Below, piece after piece: positions 40,486 through 51,190 of a stretch of 64,000 nt of DNA. The position numbers were made by a program, and so were the translations under genes. How positions within the stretch are numbered: position 1 is the stretch's first letter; each line of letters opens with the position of its first letter. Source of the stretch: an uncultured Patescibacteria group bacterium (GTDB taxonomy: Bacteria > Patescibacteriota > Minisyncoccia > Phycocordibacterales > UBA12088); NCBI GenBank assembly GCA_947259245.1, contig CAMYLP010000003.1, positions 27,118 through 91,117 of the forward strand, given 5' to 3'. Below the pieces are notes generated by a model. That model was not told the origin of the DNA. It ran no database searches and was given only the letters and a program-made list of their open reading frames with translations.

Positions 40486-41457
40486 TTAAATAGTTACACC
40501 CACTACACGCCGCACCTCTTCCATCTTCTTTAGTGCGACCATGCGCGCTTTCTCCGCGCCCTCAGCAAGTACTTCCTCCACTAATCCTTGCTTCCCCTGC
40601 AGCTCTGTGCGTTTTTCTCGAAGCGGGGTTACCAACGCTATGAGACGTTCCGCAAGTACCTCCTTACTTTCTTTGTACCCTATACCTCCTTCACGGTATC
40701 GCTTCTCTATATCATCCAGCGCCTCTGTTCCAACAAGCTTGTGTAGGGCAAACACATTACAGGTTTCGGGATCCTTTGGCTCGTCTACGCCCTTGCTGTC
40801 GGTAACTACACTCATCGCAGACTTACGAAGCTCGTCATTTGAAGCAAAGAGTGGGATGGTGTTGTTGTAGCTCTTGCTCATCTTCTGTCCGTCCACACCA
40901 GGCACGACGGCAACATTCTTTGGTGTGTAGGTATTTGGCAGTTTGAAGGTATCTCCGTACATCCGGTTAAATTTTTCAGCTGTGTCGCGAGCGTATTCTA
41001 CATGCTGCTTCTGGTCAGCGCCTACCGGCACGACATCCGGCTCATAGAGTAGTATGTCTGCAGCCATAAGCATGGGGTAGTCAAAGGTGCCTACATTTAT
41101 TTCCTTACCCCTAGCTACTGCATCCTTGTATGCGTGAGCGCGTTGCAGATACGGCATTGTAGTGATGGTATTGAAAATCCAACAGAGCTCTGTATGTTCC
41201 GGAAGATCCGACTGCTTAAACAGTACGACAGACTTTGGATCAAGACCGACTGCAAGATAGTCGAGTACTACATCAATGATGTTCTGGCGAAGTTTTTCAG
41301 CATCGTGAACAGTGTTCATGGCGTGATAGTCTGCAACAAACACGAACGCGTCATGCGTCTCCGCGAGCGCGACGAACTGACGCATGGCACCAAAGTAGTT
41401 GCCGATATGCGATCGTCCTGACGGCTTTACTCCTGACAGTAGGCGTTTTTTCGACAT
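40486..41457 (-). CDS. trpS: tryptophanyl-tRNA synthetase
   Basis: LSGVKPSGRSHIGNYFGA (HIGH-like), KMSKSYNN. Confidence 0.9.
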   Translation of the reverse strand: MSKKRLLSGVKPSGRSHIGNYFGAMRQFVALAETHDAFVFVADYHAMNTVHDAEKLRQNIIDVVLDYLAVGLDPKSVVLFKQSDLPEHTELCWIFNTITTMPYLQRAHAYKDAVARGKEINVGTFDYPMLMAADILLYEPDVVPVGADQKQHVEYARDTAEKFNRMYGDTFKLPNTYTPKNVAVVPGVDGQKMSKSYNNTIPLFASNDELRKSAMSVVTDSKGVDEPKDPETCNVFALHKLVGTEALDDIEKRYREGGIGYKESKEVLAERLIALVTPLREKRTELQGKQGLVEEVLAEGAEKARMVALKKMEEVRRVVGVTI

Positions 41458-41490
41458 GTAGGTGAATATAGCAGATACCGCCGTATCGTG

Positions 41491-43158
41491 CTACTTTTCC
41501 AACTTCGTATTATCCTCATCATACAGCGGCAACTCGACCGTAAACGTCGTTCCCTGACCCACACCTGGGCTGGTAATGTGTATCCAACCATCGTGTGCCT
41601 TTACTATTTCACGAGCAATGTAGAGACCGAGACCTGCGCCGTACACGGACACCGTATTTGCGTTCGACGCGCGGTTAAATTTCTGGAACAGATTTTGGAG
41701 CTCATCTGCGGCGATGCCGATACCGGTATCAGACACCGTTATCAAGACTCTGTTACTTGCCATGGAAAGTTTGAGATGCACCTTGATGGAACCCTCAATA
41801 GTGTACTTGATAGCGTTGTCGATGAGGTTTTGAAATACCTGACTGAGCTTGCTTTCGTCCGCAGCAACATACACCGGCTCGTCGACATCTGAAGTGAGAG
41901 CGATTTCAAGCCCCTTTTGTTCGCCAATAACGGAGAGCTCTTCCACCTCTTTGCGAACCATGTCCTGAATATCACTCTTGCGTAGGTTGTAGCTCATGCG
42001 ACCCTGCTCGATACGCGTCACATTCAGGAAGTCGTCCACCATAATACTGATGCGCTTGCCTGACTCAAAGATGCGCGAGAGTGGCTCTGAGAGGCCCTTG
42101 GGTACCTTTCCGTAGCTCCCATCACGTGTAAGTGATGCGTAACCCACGATGGCGGCTATGGGCCCGCGTAGCTGATGGCTAGCAATGGAGACGAACTCGG
42201 TTTTCTGTTTGTCGAGCGTGCGTAAGCGAGCATTCGCGTTCGCGAGATAGCGCGCGAGACGTTCTCCTTTTTCACGGTACTCTATCTCTTGCGATATTTG
42301 GTGCAGTAACAACGAACTTAGGATCGTTAATACGACGAGCACGATCAACATGAACATGAGCTCGAAGATAGATCGCACGAAGAACAATGCCAGGAGTGCA
42401 ATGATGGGTATCAGGTACGCGTATGCCTGTGCAACGGTCGAGCGAAAATCAAGAATGTCATACTTAAACATTCCGTATACAATGACGAATACCATTAAAA
42501 GCGAGATGGTGGGACCGATCCAAAAAAATTGAAATATGTTGAACTGAGGTAAAACAAGGTTTGTGAGTACACCAATAGGACCGGCTGAAGCTGTACCTGC
42601 CAGTACATACTTTGACTGCATACGTTTCACGCTTGAAGTATGCACGTGGTGCAAGACCATGTGATAAAAGGCTACAGCGAATAGTCCAAATATGTAGAAG
42701 ATATAAACGTTGTGCCATGGGCCAAAGCGCACCTTACGTAAGCCATCGTCAATATATGACTCGCCCACAAGCAACGTTGAAAATAGCAAGAGAGCACTAA
42801 TGACAATAAATGAGATAATGTATGGCGCGTTTCGTGTCACTATTGTCAGATACGACACGTCATTGCTTACCCGCTGAGATACTGCAAACAGCACAAAACT
42901 GAGTGGAATAGAAGCTGCGGTTACGTACAACATTTTTGTAACGAAGTCCAGGTACACATTGCCAAGCGGAAGAATGTCAAAAAACGAGTGGGCAATAGCC
43001 CAAGACGCAACACCAATTGTGAGGAGAAAGAATGAGAAACCAGTCTTTTTATTCCGTAACGTCCCAAGCAGGTACGAAAGACCAAGAAGCAAGGTCAGTA
43101 CCGATGCTATTATGAGCAGCCCCGACCGTACGGTGATTATTGAATGTACTGCGTCCAT
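41491..43158 (-). CDS. sensor histidine kinase with N-terminal ~7-TM sensing domain
   Basis: Multi-TM N-terminus, H-box FVSIASHQLRGPIAAI, HATPase N/G boxes; no cognate regulator adjacent. Confidence 0.85.
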   Translation of the reverse strand: MDAVHSIITVRSGLLIIASVLTLLLGLSYLLGTLRNKKTGFSFFLLTIGVASWAIAHSFFDILPLGNVYLDFVTKMLYVTAASIPLSFVLFAVSQRVSNDVSYLTIVTRNAPYIISFIVISALLLFSTLLVGESYIDDGLRKVRFGPWHNVYIFYIFGLFAVAFYHMVLHHVHTSSVKRMQSKYVLAGTASAGPIGVLTNLVLPQFNIFQFFWIGPTISLLMVFVIVYGMFKYDILDFRSTVAQAYAYLIPIIALLALFFVRSIFELMFMLIVLVVLTILSSLLLHQISQEIEYREKGERLARYLANANARLRTLDKQKTEFVSIASHQLRGPIAAIVGYASLTRDGSYGKVPKGLSEPLSRIFESGKRISIMVDDFLNVTRIEQGRMSYNLRKSDIQDMVRKEVEELSVIGEQKGLEIALTSDVDEPVYVAADESKLSQVFQNLIDNAIKYTIEGSIKVHLKLSMASNRVLITVSDTGIGIAADELQNLFQKFNRASNANTVSVYGAGLGLYIAREIVKAHDGWIHITSPGVGQGTTFTVELPLYDEDNTKLEK

Positions 43159-43160
43159 GT

Positions 43161-44354
43161 TTACTCAAACCTCATTTCAATAACTTTTGCTGTTTTAGAT
43201 AACTCATTCTTTTGTTGTTCAAAACTTCTGATGTATGCCTCTTTATCTATGTAGTTATAAAAAATGTTTTGATCGAACTCATATGTTGTTGTCATGTAAA
43301 ACCCGTAGTAATGTAATTTTTTTGAAACATCGCGAAGGGAGGGGACAATGTAGCTAAGCAGGAAAATGATCTTGTATAAGAACGTCACAACGCTACGTGG
43401 CATAGTAACAACGTGCATCCGTAGACCTATCTCCTTTAAAGTTACCTTTGAAATTTGATGCATGGTAAGTGGAGTGGGATTCACAAGGTGCAATATTGTG
43501 CCGTTTGGTAACTTCTCACGTAGGGACACTAACCGTGCAACATTCTCACATACTATTGACAGTGGAATCAGATTCATTGTAGTGGGTGTAACCATGAACG
43601 GGAGATAGTTTAAACAAACATCTTTGTCTTTCATATGTATACCAACAGACGCTGAAATGTAGGGATGGTCAATGCAAAATTTTACAAGGAGCTGTTTCAA
43701 CCCTAGCATAGCACGCACCAGTGCATAGTAGCCAAACAAAGTTGTAGGTTCGCCCTTACTATCCATCGTACCAAACACTACACTTGGTCTGATTACGACG
43801 TATTTTAATCCCATTTCCTTCAGCGCAAGTAATGCAAGTTCTGCCTCATACTTACTTTGCTCATATGAGTTATTAAATTTCTCCTGGTTAGGAGTTTGCT
43901 CGTAATGCACGCCCTGAGATTTTCCATGAACGTAGGCAGTGCTAATGAAATAGAGAGTAGTATTCAACTCCTTCGCAAGGCCTGCAATGTTACGTGTTCC
44001 ATTAACATTTGTCTTAATAACCTCGCTGCCATCTTTGCTCCTGAAGCTCAAGTTTGCTGCTAGGTGCACTATTGCATCTACACGACCTACACCACCTAAA
44101 ATTGTTTCAATCTGTTCGCTTATCGAATCATGTACCAAATCACATATGTTCGCCTGTATCACATGTACCCGTTTCCAAGCCTCCGGTGTGAAATCATACT
44201 CGGATTGTACCCTTTCTTTTACATCTTCATTCTGTGTTGGACGAACGATCAGAATTACCGTGTCACCGCGTTGCACAAAAAGTTTGGTCAGTTCGTGTCC
44301 AATGTATCCTGTCGCACCTGTTATGACGTACACCTGTGAGGAAGTATTGCCCAT
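43161..44354 (-). CDS. NAD(P)-binding extended SDR, thioester/fatty-acyl reductase-like (NAD_binding_4-like)
   Basis: ITGATGYIGHEL Rossmann motif, YEQSK catalytic YxxxK; 397 aa. Confidence 0.65.
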   Translation of the reverse strand: MGNTSSQVYVITGATGYIGHELTKLFVQRGDTVILIVRPTQNEDVKERVQSEYDFTPEAWKRVHVIQANICDLVHDSISEQIETILGGVGRVDAIVHLAANLSFRSKDGSEVIKTNVNGTRNIAGLAKELNTTLYFISTAYVHGKSQGVHYEQTPNQEKFNNSYEQSKYEAELALLALKEMGLKYVVIRPSVVFGTMDSKGEPTTLFGYYALVRAMLGLKQLLVKFCIDHPYISASVGIHMKDKDVCLNYLPFMVTPTTMNLIPLSIVCENVARLVSLREKLPNGTILHLVNPTPLTMHQISKVTLKEIGLRMHVVTMPRSVVTFLYKIIFLLSYIVPSLRDVSKKLHYYGFYMTTTYEFDQNIFYNYIDKEAYIRSFEQQKNELSKTAKVIEMRFE

Positions 44355-44451
44355 TGTGACATTATACGAGGCGATGCACTTACAACAAAACCACCCACAA
44401 GCATTGTTGCTGGCATTTCATGCGCTATGCATTGTTTTTTGAAAAGAGTGT

Positions 44452-45177
44452 TTATTGTAGTCGCCCAATGTTTTCCATTACTGACTGTGCTTTCTGGCGA
44501 TATTGTGGGGTGCCAGGTTGTTCTGTACCATCGAAAATATCCTCCGGATAAATGGGTTTGCCAATCACGATTTTAATATGATGTTGTCGCGCAATAAATT
44601 TTTTGAGTGTAATATTGAACGTCCCCTGCATGTTTATAGGAATAATGGGTGACTTGGTACGTTCAGAAAGATAGATAAAGCCTGGTTTTGCATTACCGAC
44701 ATCGCCCGTTTGTGTCTTTTTCCCTTCTGGAAAAATACAAACAGATCGTCCCATATTCAATATTCTAATATGGTGCCCTAGCGCAAGCTCATAGTTACGT
44801 ATCCCTCTGTATACTGGATAAGCACCCATAAGTCTAAAGAGGATGCCACCATAACAAAGTGAACGTACGCCGTACTTTTTAAATGGGTAGTCCTTTTTCG
44901 TGAGTGAAACAAAGTACAGGGGTACCTGTTTACACAACAGTGGTAGTGCATATTGTACCATTACAGGATCCACCTCGCTCGAATGATTTACCGCCAAAAT
45001 CGTACCTTTACCATGTACGAGACGAAGGTTCTCTGTCCCAGTAACCGTGAACTTTGCGAATGTCAAAAGTAAGATACGTGCGAACGGCCACAACAAAATA
45101 TGGAACAGTGTTGTCGGCAACCAAAATATATGAGCGTCACTCTTTAGAGCTTCACTTCTTGGATCAGGGGTGTTCAT
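44452..45177 (-). CDS. 1-acyl-sn-glycerol-3-phosphate acyltransferase family (PlsC-like)
   Basis: HxxxxD (NHSSEVD) and FPEGKKT acyltransferase motifs; N-terminal TM. Confidence 0.75.
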   Translation of the reverse strand: MNTPDPRSEALKSDAHIFWLPTTLFHILLWPFARILLLTFAKFTVTGTENLRLVHGKGTILAVNHSSEVDPVMVQYALPLLCKQVPLYFVSLTKKDYPFKKYGVRSLCYGGILFRLMGAYPVYRGIRNYELALGHHIRILNMGRSVCIFPEGKKTQTGDVGNAKPGFIYLSERTKSPIIPINMQGTFNITLKKFIARQHHIKIVIGKPIYPEDIFDGTEQPGTPQYRQKAQSVMENIGRLQ

Positions 45178-45317
45178 GGCTGTCTCTCAGTATCATTCGT
45201 GCTGCACGTACTATCTCGTACACTTTATGTGCTGCAAGTCTCCAATTTACTTTTGCTAATACACGTTACAGAGGTATTGTAGCATCTTTACAAGTAGATG
45301 TAAAGTGTGTCATAATA

Positions 45318-45833
45318 TCAAGGACGCACAAAAAGTGGGATACTCACAATAGGCACAAGGAGCCAGCCGAACAAGGCAACCGGTGTCGCAAAAAGAGCGT
45401 AAAAGACGACGCTGAAGCTATAAAGTGTCGCGATGTTGACCACGTTGAACAGAACAGCCAAAAAGAGTCCTGTTATTGAGACAGCGAGCACAAGCGCCTC
45501 AACGAAGCGCCATACCACTCGGAGTTGAAAAGTGCTCTTTAGGTACTTGCGCATGACCGTAAAGATGATGATGCTTGATATGAGAAGGACGATGAGCCTT
45601 TCGTAGGTGTCTGAGTTTGCAAGTTCTAGCGACACCCTGCCGTAGTAAGGAAACGTCTGCGTGATGAGCGCCGCTGGATAGAGCGCAACCAGGATAGTGA
45701 GAAGTACATCCTTTCCGCGTGTAAGCGCTGCTGCTGTAGCTAGTGCGAGAAGACTGAGTACGCCAAAAATATCCACGCCAACACTCGTGAGTGATGTACG
45801 GATTGAACTCTCGAACTCTGTTGGATCGAACAT
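45318..45833 (-). CDS. hypothetical polytopic membrane protein (171 aa)
   Basis: 5-6 hydrophobic helices, no known motif. Confidence 0.4.
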   Translation of the reverse strand: MFDPTEFESSIRTSLTSVGVDIFGVLSLLALATAAALTRGKDVLLTILVALYPAALITQTFPYYGRVSLELANSDTYERLIVLLISSIIIFTVMRKYLKSTFQLRVVWRFVEALVLAVSITGLFLAVLFNVVNIATLYSFSVVFYALFATPVALFGWLLVPIVSIPLFVRP

Positions 45834-45837
45834 GCGC

Positions 45838-46908
45838 TTACACGCCCTCGTCTCGTAGTGCTTCCGCAGCCTTCTTTGCCTTTCGCGAAAGCTTCCCGGG
45901 GACCTGTATGTCTATTGTAATATAAAGATCGCCTCGTGTACCATAGCGCTGTGGAACACCTTTCCCCTTCACTCGCAAACGTTCACCGTGGGTGACACCT
46001 TGAGGAATCTTCACGTTGATTTCACCGTCGAGCGTCTCCACCTTATATGAGCTTCCAAGGAGTGCGTCTGTCACCTTAACTGACAGTGGCATAACAATAT
46101 TGTTACCCTCCTTCCTGAAACGCTGGTCTGATTTGACGTGTACCTTCACGTACAGGTCTCCGGCCGCACCGCCCGGCACTGCCTCACCGTGACCTTGCAT
46201 GCGTATCATTTCACCATTCTCGATGCCAGCCGGCACCGCTATAGCTACCTCTTCCTCCTGACGTGCGACACCATGTCCGTGACATGTTGTGCACTTCTCC
46301 TTAGGGACCTTGCCAGTGCCATTGCACTCACTACACGCGCGGGTTGTTGCAAATGTGCCGAGCACTGTCTGTCGCGATTCGTGCACTTTTCCTGCACCAT
46401 TGCATGTCGAACAGGTGGTAAGCTCGGTACCACGCTTGGCACCAGAGCCATCGCAGCTCTCACAAGAACTTGTTTTTGTCAGGAGTACCTTTCGCTTAAC
46501 CCCAAAAATAGACTCTTTAAAAGTAAGTTCGATGTCTATCGAGATATCACGACCACGTCGCATGCGTTGACCTCCGCCAAAGAAATCTGAAAAGATGTCA
46601 CCAAGGTCGAACTCTACACCACCATGAGTCCCGCCGAAGCCCTGAGCGAAGTTCGAAAAGTCAAAACCACCTGCAGGACCGCCCGCACCACCACCTTGGA
46701 ACGTGCGGCCGTATGTATCGTACTCAGCTCTCCGCTTTTCATCTGAGAGTACGGCGTACGCCTCACCGATCTCTTTGAACCGCTGCTCGTCACCTCCCTG
46801 CTTGTCAGGATGGTATCTATGGGCCAGCTTTCGAAAGGCCTTCTTTATTTCGTCCTTGGAGGCACCTTTTTCGACACCAAGGACGGTGTAGTAGTCTTTA
46901 TTGCTCAT
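45838..46908 (-). CDS. dnaJ: chaperone DnaJ
   Basis: J domain with HPD (AHRYHPDKQ), G/F region, four CxxCxGxG zinc repeats. Confidence 0.95.
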   Translation of the reverse strand: MSNKDYYTVLGVEKGASKDEIKKAFRKLAHRYHPDKQGGDEQRFKEIGEAYAVLSDEKRRAEYDTYGRTFQGGGAGGPAGGFDFSNFAQGFGGTHGGVEFDLGDIFSDFFGGGQRMRRGRDISIDIELTFKESIFGVKRKVLLTKTSSCESCDGSGAKRGTELTTCSTCNGAGKVHESRQTVLGTFATTRACSECNGTGKVPKEKCTTCHGHGVARQEEEVAIAVPAGIENGEMIRMQGHGEAVPGGAAGDLYVKVHVKSDQRFRKEGNNIVMPLSVKVTDALLGSSYKVETLDGEINVKIPQGVTHGERLRVKGKGVPQRYGTRGDLYITIDIQVPGKLSRKAKKAAEALRDEGV

Positions 46909-46952
46909 AACGCGTGTTGTGCGTCTTACCAGTAACGGTACGTTTCAGAAGA

Positions 46953-48851
46953 CTAGCTTGTCTCAGCATCACGTACCTTTGGTTCGTCGTCGTCGTTTTT
47001 CTCGTCTTTCTTGTTGTCCTTCTTTTCATCATCTGACGAGGCTGTTTCGTCTTGCTTGCTCATCGCCTCACCTATCTTGCTCATTGCTTTGCTGAGTGCT
47101 TCGGTGGCGCCCTTTATGGCTGATGTGTCTGAACCATCCTTTACCTTTTTGAGTGCGTCAATGTTCTCCTGCACCTCCTTTTTTACCTCGTCACTCACCT
47201 TGTCACCGTAGTCTGACAGTGACTTTTCAGCCGTATAGACTATCTGCTCGGCAACATTCCTCACCTCTACTGTTTCGCGCTTTTCTGCGTCCTCTTTCTC
47301 GTGGTCCTTTGCCTCATTTTGCATTTTCTCGATCTCGCTTTCCGAAAGACCTGAGCTTGCTTCGATACGAATGCTCTGCTCCTTTCCCGTAGCTTTGTCC
47401 TTAGCAGTAACGTTCAAAATGCCGTTTGCATCCACGTCAAAGATCACCTCAACTTGTGGCATGCCGCGTGGGGCTGGAGGAATGCCGTCAAGTATGAAGC
47501 GTCCGAGAGACTTGTTGTCACCGGCCATGGCACGCTCACCTTGCGTGATATGGATCTCTACCTGCGTTTGGTTGTCTGCTGCGGTCGAAAACGTCTGGCT
47601 GCGCTGTGTAGGGATGGTAGTGTTCTTCTCGATGAGCTTCGTCGCTACGCCGCCCATGGTCTCGATACCGAGAGAGAGCGGAATGACATCGAGCAAGAGA
47701 ACGTCTTTCACGTCGCCCTGCAAAATACCGGCTTGGATTGCGGCGCCGAGAGCCACAACCTCGTCCGGGTTGATGGTCTTATTGGGTTCCCTGTTGAAGA
47801 GTGTCTTTACTGCGTCCACGATTGCCGGCATACGCGTCTGTCCTCCCACAAGTATCACCTCGTCGATGTCCTCTATTTTGAACGGGGAGGCCTCCACTGC
47901 ACGCTTCACGATCTCCATGGAGCGGTCCACGTACTCTGAGGCAAGCTCCTCGAGCTTTGCGCGTGAGAGGTGGAGCAAGAGGTGCTTCGGACCTGACTCG
48001 TCGGACGTGACAAATGGTATGTTTATCTCTGCCTCAGGTACGGTCGAAAGCTCGATCTTTGCCTTTTCCGCTGCTTCATCCAGACGTTGAAGTGCGAGGG
48101 GGTCTTTCGTAATGTCGATACCTGCATCCTTCTTAAACTCGTCGGCTATCCATCGCACGATCTTTTGGTCAATGTCCCGTCCTCCCATGTGGCTGTCGCC
48201 ATCGGTACTCTTCACCTCTATCACATCGTCACCCACTTCCAACACAGATATATCAAAGGTACCACCACCGAAGTCATAGACGACTATCTGTTCATCCTTC
48301 TTTTTGTTGAAACCATATGCAAGCGCCGCAGCAGTAGGCTCATTGATGATACGTTTTACATCGAGTCCTGCTATTTTACCCGCGTCCTTTGTTGCCTTCC
48401 GCTGAGCATCGTTGAAATATGCGGGCACCGTAATCACAGCTTCTGTGATCTTCTCGCCAAGTTTGCGCTCCGCATCATTCTTCAGCTTTTGAATGATCAT
48501 GGCGCTTATCTCCTCAGGTCGCTGGTCTTTTCCTCCAAGAGATATGAGCACGCCGCCATCGTTTCCCTTTTTGACCTCGTAAGGCACAATTTTCTTGTCC
48601 TTCTGCACGGCGTCATCCGTGTAGCTATGGCCAATGAACCGCTTAATACCGTATATAGTATTCTCCGGGTTTGTAACGGCCTGACGCTTTGCAATCACAC
48701 CAACAGCCCGTTCCTTGTTCCTTGCGATGGCAACAACGGAAGGGGTCGTACGATTGCCCTCTTCATTTTCCACTATCTGCGGCTCACCTGCTTCTATGAC
48801 AGCCATTGCTGAGTTGGTGGTACCGAGATCTATTCCGAGTATTTTAGACAT
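46953..48851 (-). CDS. dnaK: chaperone DnaK (Hsp70)
   Basis: [19 protein letters not shown]-terminal Asp/Lys-rich tail. Confidence 0.95.
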   Translation of the reverse strand: MSKILGIDLGTTNSAMAVIEAGEPQIVENEEGNRTTPSVVAIARNKERAVGVIAKRQAVTNPENTIYGIKRFIGHSYTDDAVQKDKKIVPYEVKKGNDGGVLISLGGKDQRPEEISAMIIQKLKNDAERKLGEKITEAVITVPAYFNDAQRKATKDAGKIAGLDVKRIINEPTAAALAYGFNKKKDEQIVVYDFGGGTFDISVLEVGDDVIEVKSTDGDSHMGGRDIDQKIVRWIADEFKKDAGIDITKDPLALQRLDEAAEKAKIELSTVPEAEINIPFVTSDESGPKHLLLHLSRAKLEELASEYVDRSMEIVKRAVEASPFKIEDIDEVILVGGQTRMPAIVDAVKTLFNREPNKTINPDEVVALGAAIQAGILQGDVKDVLLLDVIPLSLGIETMGGVATKLIEKNTTIPTQRSQTFSTAADNQTQVEIHITQGERAMAGDNKSLGRFILDGIPPAPRGMPQVEVIFDVDANGILNVTAKDKATGKEQSIRIEASSGLSESEIEKMQNEAKDHEKEDAEKRETVEVRNVAEQIVYTAEKSLSDYGDKVSDEVKKEVQENIDALKKVKDGSDTSAIKGATEALSKAMSKIGEAMSKQDETASSDDEKKDNKKDEKNDDDEPKVRDAETS

Positions 48852-48880
48852 GTTTCGTGTTGCTTATGCTAGTAATGAGA

Positions 48881-49474
48881 CTATTCATCATCCTTTTTAG
48901 CTACTACCACTTTCGCTGGACGTACGACTTCACCATCTATCCGATATCCTCGTAGGAGTACCGTAGCGACAGAGTGGTCCTTCGATTCATCGCTGGCATG
49001 TACAATGCTCATGCATTCGTGAACTTTCGGGTCAAAGGCATCTCCAACCTCGCCAAAAGACGTGAGTCCTGCTGTAGCAAGACCTTGTACGAGCTGGTCA
49101 TGAATTTTCTCGACACCGTTACGCCACTCTTTGTCGACAGCCCCCCACGTTTCAGTGGAGCGCGCTTGGTCAAAGCTGTCCAGGGCCGGTATTATTCCGC
49201 GAGCTAACCGCCCTTGTGCACGTGCGTCATCCCGCGCCCGATCATTGTCCACAGTGCGCCTAAAGTTTACGAGGTCGGCCTTGCTGCGCTGCCATCCTGC
49301 CAAGTTCTCATCGCGTTCCTTTTGCACCTCTCTGAGTTCACGGCGTAGTGTCTTCAGTTTCTGTTTGAGAGCTGATGCCGCGAGTTCTGTCTCCTCTGCA
49401 ACAACCTCATCTCCGGAGTCGGCGTCAATGACGATGTCGTTTGCATCGTTCTTTTTTTGGGGGCGCTTTGACAT
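48881..49474 (-). CDS. grpE: nucleotide exchange factor GrpE
   Basis: Coiled-coil N-terminus plus GrpE C-terminal beta domain; grpE-dnaK-dnaJ order. Confidence 0.85.
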   Translation of the reverse strand: MSKRPQKKNDANDIVIDADSGDEVVAEETELAASALKQKLKTLRRELREVQKERDENLAGWQRSKADLVNFRRTVDNDRARDDARAQGRLARGIIPALDSFDQARSTETWGAVDKEWRNGVEKIHDQLVQGLATAGLTSFGEVGDAFDPKVHECMSIVHASDESKDHSVATVLLRGYRIDGEVVRPAKVVVAKKDDE

Positions 49475-49480
49475 GGCAAT

Positions 49481-49508
49481 ATTATAGAGAGGAACACAAG
49501 GGTGTCAA
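49481..49508 (-). promoter_or_regulatory. perfect-consensus sigma70 promoter TTGACA-16-TATAAT ending 6 nt before grpE ATG (leaderless transcript predicted); no CIRCE
   Basis: rc of tgtcaa 49503-08 and attata 49481-86; ATG at 49472-74. Confidence 0.5.
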
Positions 49509-49540
49509 ATTTTAATGCTTACAATGACTTATCCTATAAT

Positions 49541-49575
49541 CAAAAAAGACCCACGCCGTAGCGTGGGAGTTTATC
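49541..49575 (-). terminator. rho-independent terminator after S1 protease gene
   Basis: rc: CCCACGC-tacg-GCGTGGG + TCTTTTTTG. Confidence 0.6.
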
Positions 49576-49578
49576 GTT

Positions 49579-50388
49579 CTACTTCCTGCTCGTAAGTGTG
49601 TTACGCAGAAATGCATGTACATGGATGTTATCAATTATGTAGCTGTTGTGAGGCACACTAGCCATGTGTGATTCAACAAAGCCGTATACTTCGTAACGAT
49701 CATGGGAGGTATTGTAACGAAACACCGGACCACCACTCATACCCTTATCGATGGTCTGATTGACACTGAAGTACAAAGTGTCATTCATCACGACCATATT
49801 TGTAACGGTGGCTGGATACAATCCCAATGAGTGCCATCGTCCACCAGGGGCTGCGGCAATAATGACGTCGTCCATGATATGTAAGCGGTCAGACGATGTG
49901 CTGACCGGCGCAACGGGTATATCATCGCAGCTATCGCTGACAATCTGTACCAGTGCAAGATCCGTAGCGGTTGACGTTGCGACCACGTGTCCCAACCCGC
50001 TAATTTGCAGGTCGACCACCTGACGCTCGTCGCGTTTGTACCAGATCGCCTCAACAACATCTCTCGACGCAATCGTGTCATCAATGGTAGCGCTACTCGA
50101 TGAAGCTGTTGACGTTGTCTCCGTAGCGTTCTCATCATCGTGTGTGACAACGTGAGCTACGGTAAGCACATCAAGAAAGCATGTACTGCCAAGCTGTTGA
50201 CTTGCAATGATGACGCCACACCCCGTCTTTCTCGTTTGCTGACCGTCTTGTACGTACGTGTATACTATCGTAACAGTGGGATCTAGCAGCTCCCGCACGA
50301 GGGCGTCGCTTTCACGCTTCCCATCATGAGCTACGCTTGTCCATGTGGACGAGTATAGCAAGAGGACAAGCAGTGCACGAAACTTCAT
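49579..50388 (-). CDS. secreted trypsin-like (S1) serine protease
   Basis: Signal peptide; His (TVAHVV), Asp (DLALV), Ser (GMSGGPV) catalytic-triad contexts. Confidence 0.7.
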   Translation of the reverse strand: MKFRALLVLLLYSSTWTSVAHDGKRESDALVRELLDPTVTIVYTYVQDGQQTRKTGCGVIIASQQLGSTCFLDVLTVAHVVTHDDENATETTSTASSSSATIDDTIASRDVVEAIWYKRDERQVVDLQISGLGHVVATSTATDLALVQIVSDSCDDIPVAPVSTSSDRLHIMDDVIIAAAPGGRWHSLGLYPATVTNMVVMNDTLYFSVNQTIDKGMSGGPVFRYNTSHDRYEVYGFVESHMASVPHNSYIIDNIHVHAFLRNTLTSRK

Positions 50389-50456
50389 ATCGCACCTCCA
50401 TATATGTGGGTCTTACTCTAACGTGTCGTAAATGACTAACCATGTCAAGTTGTATC

Positions 50457-51125
50457 CTACCAGGTTACAGGATCTATACCGTTCTGTTTCATGTACTCAT
50501 TCGCCTTGCTGAAATGTCTGCAGCCAAAGAAGCCAGCCCTTGCGCTGTACGGCGAAGGGTGTGCTGCCTCCAACACGAGGTGTTTTCTACGGTCAATGTG
50601 TTCGCCCTTTGCCTTAGCGTAGTTCCCCCAGAGCATGAAAACGAGGTGCTCTCGCTCATGGTTAAGCAGCCGCACAACAGCGTCAGTAAAGGTCTCCCAG
50701 CCCTTACCCTGATGACTTCCGGGCTGGCCCGCGCGCACCGTAAGTGTGGCATTGAGGAGCAAAACGCCCTCATGTGCCCAGTGATCGAGATTGCCGCTCT
50801 GCGGCTGTTCTATACCAAGGTCGTCGTGAAGCTCCTTGTAAATGTTTTGAAGAGAAGGCGGTATGGAGACGCCCTCAGGTACGGAGAAACACAGGCCATG
50901 TGCTTGTCCTCTCCCATGGTATGGGTCTTGTCCGAGTATCACCACCTTTACCTTGTCGAAAGGACATGCGTCAAATGCGTGAAACACATCCTTCGGTGCA
51001 GGATATATCGGTCCTGTCGTGTACTCTTCCCGAACAAACGTGGTGAGGTCACGCCAGTACTCCTTTTCAAACTCGTCTGCAAGTGCGGCTTTCCACGCTG
51101 GTGCCATGCGTACGTCAGTTGCCAT
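50457..51125 (-). CDS. ung: uracil-DNA glycosylase (family 1)
   Basis: GQDPYHGRGQAHGLCFSV motif; start trimmed to MATDV. Confidence 0.9.
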   Translation of the reverse strand: MATDVRMAPAWKAALADEFEKEYWRDLTTFVREEYTTGPIYPAPKDVFHAFDACPFDKVKVVILGQDPYHGRGQAHGLCFSVPEGVSIPPSLQNIYKELHDDLGIEQPQSGNLDHWAHEGVLLLNATLTVRAGQPGSHQGKGWETFTDAVVRLLNHEREHLVFMLWGNYAKAKGEHIDRRKHLVLEAAHPSPYSARAGFFGCRHFSKANEYMKQNGIDPVTW

Positions 51126-51146
51126 ATCAACGTATCGTACCATACA

Positions 51147-51177
51147 CAAAAACCACCAATGGGTGGTTTTTATTTTT
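51147..51177. terminator. bidirectional terminator (AAAAACCACC-aatg-GGTGGTTTTT)
   Basis: 10-bp stem flanked by A/T runs, after HhH gene. Confidence 0.55.
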
Positions 51178-51190
51178 TATGAAGCCCTCC

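Noticed and set aside
49475-49580. CIRCE/HrcA operator upstream of grpE
   Set aside because: There is no TTAGCACTC-N9-GAGTGCTAA-like inverted repeat. Only a sigma70 promoter and an upstream terminator are present.
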